This document shows, in pieces, positions 57,393-64,000 of a DNA stretch of 64,000 nt. Each line of letters begins with the position of its first letter. Positions within the stretch are counted from its first letter, which is position 1. The notes under the pieces are model-generated. The model saw only the letters and a program-made list of their open reading frames with translations, was not told where the DNA came from and did not search any database. The stretch is from Chloroflexota bacterium. Its GTDB lineage: Bacteria > Chloroflexota > Anaerolineae > DUEN01. The position numbers and the translations under genes are program-made. The stretch is from assembly GCA_013152435.1 (NCBI GenBank), contig JAADGJ010000062.1:18672-82671 (forward strand), read 5' to 3'.

Positions 57393-59861
57393 ATGCAAGG
57401 GCTAAGCGAACGGCCGGTCGCCACCGAGACGATGTTCCCACGGCAGGCCCATCGACTGTATATCCGATGGTGGCAGTGGAGCCTGGCCGCTCTCCGGTCT
57501 CGTGGCGTCCTCGCGATCGTGCTGGGATATCTGGTGTTGGCCGTCAGCTATGGGGTGATCATCCCCCTGTGGGAGGCTGACAACGAGTGGGCGCATTACC
57601 GGTACGCCCGTTACATCGTCACTCACCACGCGCTGCCCGATCCCACGGAGCGTAAGCCTTCCGAGCGTCCCCCCCTGTTCGCCCGACGGAAGTGGCCAGC
57701 TCGGGAGTGGCATCAGTTCAGCCAGCCGCCGCTTTACTACCTCCTGGCCGCGGCGGTGATATCGCCGGTGGACATCAGCGATAACCTGTGGCCGGTGCCC
57801 AATCCGTACGTCCACAGTAGCACCGGCGTGGGCGGGGTGAACTTCGCCGTCCATGGCCCGGAGGAGTCGTTCCCCTATCGGGGCACGGTGCTGGCCGTCC
57901 ATCTGATCCGCCTGCTATCCGCTGTGTTGGGGCTGGTCGCCCTGGCCGGCGTCTACCGGCTGGCGCAAACCATCGCTCCGGGGCGGCCGGAGCTGGCCTG
58001 GGGCACGTTGGCGCTTACCGCCTTTTCCCCTCAGTTCCTGTTTGCGGCCAGCACGGTGAACAATGATGTCCTGGTCACCGCGGCCGGCGCGTGGACCCTG
58101 GTGTACGGCCTTCGCGTTGTTCAGTCTCCACGACGTTTGAGGAACTGGGGCGGGGCAGCGCTATGGCTCAGCCTGGCGATCCTGGCCAAATATAACGGGC
58201 TCGTGCTGGCGCCGTTCGTCGCGCTCTGTTTCCTCATCGGCTTCGTCCGATTGGCCCGGGAGCGGGAGGTGCGGTATCTGGCGCGGGCGTTATTGGGGTC
58301 GGGGATCGTCGTCTTCCTCCTCACGGGTGGATGGCTGATCAGCAACCGCGTGCGCTACGGCCGCTTCATCACGCGCTATCCCAATCTTGTGGATCGGTTC
58401 GTGAGCGATCTGAGCAGCCTGGGTGGAACCGATCTAAGTTGGTTGACGCGAGAGCGTCTGTGGCAGGCTGCGGTGTACTCCTTTGAGACGTACTGGGCTT
58501 CCTTTGGCTGGGGCAACCTGGGGCTGCCCAAGCTCGTCTACCAGGTGCTGGCCGTCTTCTGCCTCATGGCGGTCGCGGGGATCGCCTTGCGGTTGAGCCG
58601 ATCTCTGTTCGCCCGCAGAATCGAGCGGACGGTGTGGATCAGCCTGCTGCTCTTGGGGCTCGTGATGGTGGCCTGGCTTGTGGGCGCATACAAGGCGTTG
58701 CGCACCGGAGAGGGACGCCTGCACGGCCGCTATCTGTTGCCCGTGTTGCCGGCGATCAGCTTCCTTCTCGTGTGGGGGATCGGCGCATGGTCTTCGGGAC
58801 GTCGCCTGCGCTTCACCATGGCTGTCCTGGGCGGAGCGTTTCTCCTCTTCGCCGGGTGGACGGCGGCGGGCCCTTTGCGAGCCGCCTATGCGCCGCCGGC
58901 GTTCTCTACACAGGTCACCTTAGCTCCTGACGAGCGGCCTTTGGGGGCGCGCTTTGGGGAGAACGCGGAGCTGATCGCCTACACGATCTGGCCGGAGACC
59001 GTGTCCCCCGGGGAGGCTGTGGGCGTTCGGCTGCTCTGGCGTGTGTTGAAGCCGTTGGACCGCAACTATACGGTTGGAGTCCACGTCGTGGACGCGAGGG
59101 GTGTGAAGGTAGGGGAGACCAACATTTATCCGGGGCGCGGGAACTACGCCACGACGTTGTGGCGCCCGGGGGATGTCTTCCGGGAGACCTACTGGGTGGT
59201 CGTGCGGGAGCCCATCACGCGGCCGATCATGGGACACATTAAGGTGGCGTTGTTCATGGACGATGACACCCGGGAGCATCTTCCGGTCACGGATGCGCAC
59301 GGCAATCCGCTGGGTGGGGGCGTCTTTTTCGGCCGCATCAAGCTGGCGCCTTCCGAGCCGCCGACAGAGCCGTTGCCGGAGACCGGGCTGGCGCGGCTGG
59401 ATGATATCGCCTGGCTCAGCGAGGGGGACTGGCAGGCTGAGATCATGCCCGTGACGGCGGGCGAGACCTTTACCGTGACGTTGACGTGGCGCGCGCTGAG
59501 CAGGCCTGCGACGGACTACCAGGTGTTCGTGCATCTGGAGGGTCCCGATGGGCCTGTGGCGTTTGGGGACGGCCCGCCTGCCGGAGGAACGTATCCCACC
59601 GGCCTCTGGGATCGCGGTGAGCGCATCGTCGACGAGCATGTAGTGCGGGTGCCACCCGATCTTCCCGCCGGCACGTATGCGCTGGCGGTCGGCCTGTACG
59701 ACGCGGAGGGGCGCCGCCCGGCGACCTATGGCCCGGACGGCGAGCGGCTGCCTGCGGATCGGGTCGTCCTCGATCGCATTCGGGTGATCCGGCGGGATCA
59801 GAAAGCGTTCATCCCGCTCGTCACCCACCAGGAAGAGGTCAAGGGGCGCAAGAAGCGGTGA
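57393..59861 (+). CDS. Large GT-C-like polytopic membrane protein (DUF2142/ArnT-like) with a duplicated C-terminal module
   Basis: 822 aa. The N-terminal ~480 aa are multi-TM. The C-terminal domain carries two copies of the module shared with the 26-33 kb GT-C proteins (VRLLWRVL...YTVGVHVV...TTLWRPGDVF and TLTWRAL...DYQVFVHLE...YPTGLWDRGE...LPAGTYALAVGLYD). Confidence 0.6.
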   Translation: MQGLSERPVATETMFPRQAHRLYIRWWQWSLAALRSRGVLAIVLGYLVLAVSYGVIIPLWEADNEWAHYRYARYIVTHHALPDPTERKPSERPPLFARRKWPAREWHQFSQPPLYYLLAAAVISPVDISDNLWPVPNPYVHSSTGVGGVNFAVHGPEESFPYRGTVLAVHLIRLLSAVLGLVALAGVYRLAQTIAPGRPELAWGTLALTAFSPQFLFAASTVNNDVLVTAAGAWTLVYGLRVVQSPRRLRNWGGAALWLSLAILAKYNGLVLAPFVALCFLIGFVRLAREREVRYLARALLGSGIVVFLLTGGWLISNRVRYGRFITRYPNLVDRFVSDLSSLGGTDLSWLTRERLWQAAVYSFETYWASFGWGNLGLPKLVYQVLAVFCLMAVAGIALRLSRSLFARRIERTVWISLLLLGLVMVAWLVGAYKALRTGEGRLHGRYLLPVLPAISFLLVWGIGAWSSGRRLRFTMAVLGGAFLLFAGWTAAGPLRAAYAPPAFSTQVTLAPDERPLGARFGENAELIAYTIWPETVSPGEAVGVRLLWRVLKPLDRNYTVGVHVVDARGVKVGETNIYPGRGNYATTLWRPGDVFRETYWVVVREPITRPIMGHIKVALFMDDDTREHLPVTDAHGNPLGGGVFFGRIKLAPSEPPTEPLPETGLARLDDIAWLSEGDWQAEIMPVTAGETFTVTLTWRALSRPATDYQVFVHLEGPDGPVAFGDGPPAGGTYPTGLWDRGERIVDEHVVRVPPDLPAGTYALAVGLYDAEGRRPATYGPDGERLPADRVVLDRIRVIRRDQKAFIPLVTHQEEVKGRKKR

Positions 59862-60040
59862 TGACCCGCACCTTGCTGTGAAGTCACAGAGAGCGCTGGG
59901 GGAAAACGAAGAGGGGGGATCGTCGAGCGTAGGAACGGGCAATATGCCGGTGCGGAGCAGGACGAGTGCTCAGGCGGATGGCTCGTGGCACCCGGCTCTC
60001 CGTATCATTCGAGAAACTTTCCAATGCGAGAGGAGCGCTT

Positions 60041-60967
60041 ATGAGCAAGATCCTGGTTACAGGGGGGGCTGGATTCATCGGTTCTCACGTTGTGGATGCC
60101 TTCCTCGATGCCGGGCACGAGGTGGCGGTGATCGACAACCTGGTCACGGGCAAGCGGGAGAACGTGAATCCCAAGGCGAAGTTCTACGAGGTGGACATCC
60201 GGGACCAGGAGGCGGTGGAGGAGGTCTTCGCCGCCGAGCGGCCGGATGCCGTCTGTCACCAGGCCGCGCTGGCGAACGTGCGCGAGTCGTTGGAGAAGCC
60301 CATTGAGTATGGCGAGGTGAACATCCTGGGCTCTCTGGCGCTGCTGGAGGCGGCCCGCAGGCACGAATGTCGTCGCTTCATCTACGCGTCGACGGGGGGA
60401 GCCTGCTACGGTGAACCGGAGTTCCTGCCGGTCACGGAGGATCACCCGATCAATCCGCTGGATCCCTACGGTGCCAGCAAGCATGTGGTGGAGCATTATC
60501 TGTACCTGTATCGACATAATTATGGGTTGTCCTACGTGGTCTTGCGGTATCCCAACGTGTATGGCCCGCGCCAGGATCCCCTGGGCGAGGCGGGGGTTGT
60601 GGCGATCTTTACCGGCTTGATGCTGCAGGGTAAGCAGCCGACGATCAACGGCACCGGCGAACAGCAGCGCGATTTCGTCTACGTGGGTGACATCGCCCGG
60701 GCAAATGTGATCGCTTTGGAGCAGGGTGAGGGGATTTACAACATCGGCTCCGGCGTCCCGACCGATGTCAACACCATCTTCGCGGAGCTGAAGGAGATCA
60801 TCGGGTATCCGGGGGAGGCGCGTTATGGCCCGCCGAAGCTGGGCGAGGTGTTCCGTATCTACCTGGATGCCAGCAAGGCGCGCGAGGAGTTGGGATGGGA
60901 GCCGACGGTTCCTCTGAGGGAAGGCCTCACCCGAACGGTGGAGTTCTTCCGCCATCGTGAGGGATAA
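60041..60967 (+). CDS. galE: NAD-dependent epimerase/dehydratase (UDP-glucose 4-epimerase-like)
   Basis: ILVTGGAGFIGSH... Rossmann fold and the catalytic YGASK (YxxxK). The ATG at 60041 sits behind GAGAGGAG. Confidence 0.85.
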   Translation: MSKILVTGGAGFIGSHVVDAFLDAGHEVAVIDNLVTGKRENVNPKAKFYEVDIRDQEAVEEVFAAERPDAVCHQAALANVRESLEKPIEYGEVNILGSLALLEAARRHECRRFIYASTGGACYGEPEFLPVTEDHPINPLDPYGASKHVVEHYLYLYRHNYGLSYVVLRYPNVYGPRQDPLGEAGVVAIFTGLMLQGKQPTINGTGEQQRDFVYVGDIARANVIALEQGEGIYNIGSGVPTDVNTIFAELKEIIGYPGEARYGPPKLGEVFRIYLDASKAREELGWEPTVPLREGLTRTVEFFRHREG

Positions 60968-61038
60968 GAGGCGAGGGTGGCGAGTGTTCGGCGGCTCGTT
61001 CGCGGGCCGCCGAATTCATTTGTGCGAGGGGAATCCTC

Positions 61039-61958
61039 ATGCGGATCGCTCTCAACGGCTGGTTTTGGGGCCAGATGGGCACGGGCAGCGGGCAGGTGCT
61101 GCACGGGTTGGTGCGTTGGCTGCCGCGCGTCTCCCCAGGCGATGAGCGATGGTTGATCCTGCCCCGACACGCATCTTCCACAGAGGATGTGCCCGGCTGG
61201 CGGCTCGTGCGCGTGGCCACCCCGTTCGATCGCGTGCAGATCGACCTGGCCAAGGTCTGGTTCGAGCAGATCGCGTTTCCATGGGCGTGTCGGCGGCTGG
61301 GAGTGGAGATAGCCCACGTGCCTTATTGGGGATCGCCGTGGTGGCGGCCGTGTCGCGTCGTCGTCACCGTGCACGATCTGATCCCGCTGTTCGGGGCGGC
61401 CCGTTGCAGCGATTGTACACAGCGCTGGTCTCCCGGACCGCTCGCCGCTCTCATCTGATCCTGACGGATTCCGAGGCGGCGCGTCGGGATATCGTACAGC
61501 ATCTGGGTGTGTCACCGGAGCGGGTCCGCACCGTGTATTTAGCTGCGGACGAGCGATATGCCCGCTCTTTGACCGGGGAGGACCTGCAGCGGGTGCGGGA
61601 GCGGTATCGGCTACCGCATCGGTTCATCCTCTATTTCGGCGGCTTCGATGTGCGCAAGAATGTGCCGCGTTTGCTGGAGGCGTACGCCCGGCTGGTGCGT
61701 CAGGGGCGGCATCGCGACACGCCGCTGGTGATCGCGGGGCGGCTGCCGAGCCAGGATACCCCGTTCACGCCGGATCCTCGTCGCCTGGCGCGTGAGCTGG
61801 GGATCGAGGCGTGGGTGCATTTCCCCGGCTGGATCGCGGAGGAGGACAAGCCGGCATTGTACGCGCTGGCCGAGGTGTTCGTATTCGTGCCCACCTATGA
61901 GGGGTTTGGGCTCCCCGCGCTGGAGGCGATGTCGGTGGGCTTCCCGCCCGAGGTCTGA
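61039..61958 (+). pseudogene. GT4 glycosyltransferase, frameshifted and C-terminally truncated
   Basis: The N-terminal half (MRIALNGWFWGQMGTGSG...HVPYWG...VVVTVHDLIPL) is in the frame of ORF 61039-61458. The continuation (RGGPLQRLYTALVSRTARR...EGFGLPALEAM) is in the +2 frame (61149-61958). The shift falls at the G-run ~61395. The protein ends ~100 aa short of a typical GT4 (…SVGFPPEV*), and non-coding lower-GC DNA follows. Confidence 0.55.
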
Positions 61959-62231
61959 TATCGGAGGCCTTATCAGGCTACCCTCTAGACGTCATAGGCT
62001 CTCTTGTCTTCTCTCCCTGACCTACCCCTCTTGACCCCGATGGACGATCCAGGTCGGAGCTCAGGCGGAGGATCTGTCCATCACCTGTTTGCGAGCAAAA
62101 GCGGTTCGTGAGATCTATTTGTCCGTGCGCCCGGGAGCGGCGTTCCTCTCTTTGATGAGCCTCCATCGCTTGTAGATTCGGGTTGGTCGAGCAAGAAAGC
62201 TTGTTCTATTCCCGTGGTCAACAAAATGTGT

Positions 62232-62237
62232 TATGAT
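62232..62237 (+). promoter_or_regulatory. Putative extended -10 element (TGtTATGAT) for the SPFH gene
   Basis: TGTTATGAT at 62229-62237 lies in a lower-GC intergenic segment, ~80 nt upstream of the ATG at 62319 (SD CAGGAGG). Confidence 0.3.
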
Positions 62238-62318
62238 ATAGGTGGAGGGAGAGGTCCTCCTTGAGGGCCCTGGGTATTTGGGAAGGGTGCGTTTTCCCCA
62301 TCTGTCAGGAGGCGGATC

Positions 62319-63839
62319 ATGAGCGTGGGTACGTCTCAATCCAAATCCCAGCATCGCAGCCTTTCCATAGCCTCTGGGATATTCCTGATCGTACTGGGCT
62401 TTTCGACCTTGTTCGCCTCTGTCCTGCCCATGTCTCCGCGTTTGTTGATCAGCGCCGGCCTGCTGTCGGGCGGTGTCGTGCTGGTCGCCCCTCGGCGTGT
62501 CCGTCGGTTGGCGCTCTTTGGTGCTTCGTCTATCTTTCTGAGCATTGGGGTATTGATTGTTGTCTCTCCCATCGTTCTAGGCATACGCCTCGGCCAGATT
62601 GAGATGTCTAAGGACTTGGCCTATGCGATCCTTTTGTGGTTTGTATGTTTGTTGGCCGCCACCGGGTTGCTGGCCTCCGGGCTTTGGATCCTGGCCTACA
62701 TGAGCGGTGATCTTTTGTTACGAGCCCACCCAATAGGTGATCTTGGCCGTATGGAGGTTATACGCCAGCTCTTTACGCTCGCGTTGGGGCTCCAGGGGCC
62801 GTTCATGATCGTTGAAAAGGGGGAGATCCGTGGAGATGCGAGAATGGGGGTGCTACGGCGCTTGGGTGGGCCGGGGCTCTTGATCGTGCGTCCCTGTCAA
62901 GCCGTTGTGTTGGAGTGGGGGGGGAAGATCACCGGGATTCGGGAGCCTGGGGTCATTCGCTTGAAGCCATTTGAGCGTGTGCGACACGTGATCCTCTTGG
63001 AACCCAAGTTTATCCAGGTGGAGTTTCACGACGTGCTCACCAAGGACGGTGTGACGCTGTCCAGCGTTACTGGTGCCGTTGGTTATCGGTTTCCACCTGT
63101 TGACAAATCCGCCTTCGGATCTGGGGAGGGGATTATCCGGGATGATTTATATCCGACGCGTCGGTCAGATCTGGAACGTATGTTACAGATAGTCCCGGAC
63201 CCGGCGAAGTGGGATGAGGCTATTGCGGAGGTGGTGGAGCGAGCGGCGCGTCGTGCTATCAGCCGTTGCACATTGGAGGATCTGTTTCCTCTTGAAGAAT
63301 CTGGTGAGGAGTCTGATGGGAAGATTGACGCAGGGATTGATTCGGCTGCGCTGGAAATGGTCTCCGAAATCGTCTTTGAGGAAGTTCGCCAGCGAACGAG
63401 ACACTGGGGGGTGCAAATTACGGCGATGGAAATTACAGCAATGACTTTACCGGAGGAGATACCGGATTGGGTTTTGAGTTCGTGGGTTGCGGACCGAAAC
63501 AAGGTGATCAGCGTAGTTCAGGGGGAGGTAGATGCCAAGCGAGCGTATGCCTTTGAGTCGGTGCGGTTAGCCGCACGACGTAGGGCAGTCGAGGACTTCA
63601 TCGCGGCACTCGCTTTGGCACGTGAGACATTGGATTCTCAGGAAGTGGATCGAGTTGCGCGTTTGATGGCGTGGCTAATGGCTCATGTCGCGGAGGATAA
63701 ATCGACTGGAATGCGCTTGGTTGGAGCTCTGGAGCAACTGATGGAGAACCCCAATGCTCATATCATCATTGGATCGCCCGATATGGGAGGCGCGCCAGCC
63801 GGACAACCACCGGCAGTCAGCGATGGTAGCGAGGAGTGA
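62319..63839 (+). CDS. SPFH/band-7 domain membrane protein with an N-terminal 4-TM domain and a long C-terminal helical extension
   Basis: Has four N-terminal TM helices, then an SPFH-like core (CQAVVLEWGGKITGIREPGVIRLKPFERVRHVILLEPKFIQVEFHDVLTKDGVTLSSVTGAVGYRF), then acidic/helical C-terminal ~200 aa. Codon usage and GC are lower than in the neighbouring genes. Confidence 0.7.
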   Translation: MSVGTSQSKSQHRSLSIASGIFLIVLGFSTLFASVLPMSPRLLISAGLLSGGVVLVAPRRVRRLALFGASSIFLSIGVLIVVSPIVLGIRLGQIEMSKDLAYAILLWFVCLLAATGLLASGLWILAYMSGDLLLRAHPIGDLGRMEVIRQLFTLALGLQGPFMIVEKGEIRGDARMGVLRRLGGPGLLIVRPCQAVVLEWGGKITGIREPGVIRLKPFERVRHVILLEPKFIQVEFHDVLTKDGVTLSSVTGAVGYRFPPVDKSAFGSGEGIIRDDLYPTRRSDLERMLQIVPDPAKWDEAIAEVVERAARRAISRCTLEDLFPLEESGEESDGKIDAGIDSAALEMVSEIVFEEVRQRTRHWGVQITAMEITAMTLPEEIPDWVLSSWVADRNKVISVVQGEVDAKRAYAFESVRLAARRRAVEDFIAALALARETLDSQEVDRVARLMAWLMAHVAEDKSTGMRLVGALEQLMENPNAHIIIGSPDMGGAPAGQPPAVSDGSEE

Positions 63840-64000
63840 CGTCTATGGTGCGCGTGATGGCGTCTTGCTTCTTTGGGGGACGGTAATTTAGGCCGAATGC
63901 CTCCGCGATCGCCCGGATAGCTGCCTCGAAACCACGGCGATATAAGCGCATCTCCGGAGAGTCGATCTCGCTTGCGATATCCAGATTCGCTGAATCTACC
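63814..64000 (-). CDS. Partial ORF of unknown function; the N-terminus lies beyond the window end
   Basis: The minus-strand frame is open from the window edge (..VDSANLDIASEIDSPEMRLYRRGFEAAIRAIAEAFGLNYRPPKKQDAITRTIDVTPRYHR*). It is convergent with the SPFH gene and overlaps its last ~25 nt. Confidence 0.3.

Overview
This is a high-GC (~65%) bacterial chromosomal segment, densely packed with genes on both strands. From gene content alone it could be from a Chloroflexota-like organism, but that is a guess. The window is dominated by a compact clade-II-type nitrous-oxide reductase (nos) locus, two glycosylation gene clusters, and a set of housekeeping genes.

The nos locus (10.4-18.4 kb, minus strand) comprises a crp/fnr-family regulator, nosZ (Sec-type, N-terminal membrane anchor, CuA motif), a nosB-like membrane protein, a single ORF fusing NosD to the NosF ABC ATPase, nosY, nosL and a c-type cytochrome lipoprotein. 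NosL ends in a repetitive Met/Asp-rich tail. The operon ends in a hairpin plus T-run terminator. A DUF1858 protein, a polytopic membrane protein and a cyclodeaminase-family protein follow on the same strand (7.9-10.1 kb). A candidate Crp/Fnr box lies between crp and nosZ.

The first glycosylation cluster (26-35.5 kb, minus strand) is an ArsA/GET3-like ATPase, a SAM methyltransferase and three very large GT-C/PMT-like polytopic membrane proteins, with stop/start codons overlapping. The second (55-62 kb) has a Dpm1-like GT2, a GT4, another huge GT-C-like protein, GalE, and a frameshifted, truncated GT4. Three of the four giant membrane proteins share a repeated C-terminal ~80-aa module.

Other content includes: TerC; xseAB; a TQXA thioester-domain surface protein; DtxR and an FTR1 iron permease transcribed divergently; a MoxR AAA ATPase with a DUF58 protein; mevalonate kinase overlapping a UbiD-family decarboxylase (archaeal-type mevalonate pathway signature); a frameshifted thpR; Amt; a Mut7-C RNase-domain protein; a GH57 branching enzyme; aconitase A; a sugar ABC transporter; a MtaB/MiaB-like enzyme; HIT; YqeY; 7TM-HD; YbeY; DgkA; a nucleoside hydrolase; Lgt; TlpA; an M50 protease; prephenate dehydrogenase; and a lower-GC SPFH-domain membrane protein at the window end.

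The single most interesting non-coding signal is a homologous structured 5'-leader element found twice, upstream of the ArsA-glycosyltransferase operon and upstream of tlpA. It is built around the motif TCAGACACGCTCTCAGA, with long-range and alternative pairings and G-U covariation that is consistent only with the minus-strand transcript. Also notable is a ~600-bp structured non-coding block with paired GGGGGCCGAAT-N-GTTCGGCCCC palindromes upstream of acnA. No rRNA, tRNA or CRISPR array was recognised.
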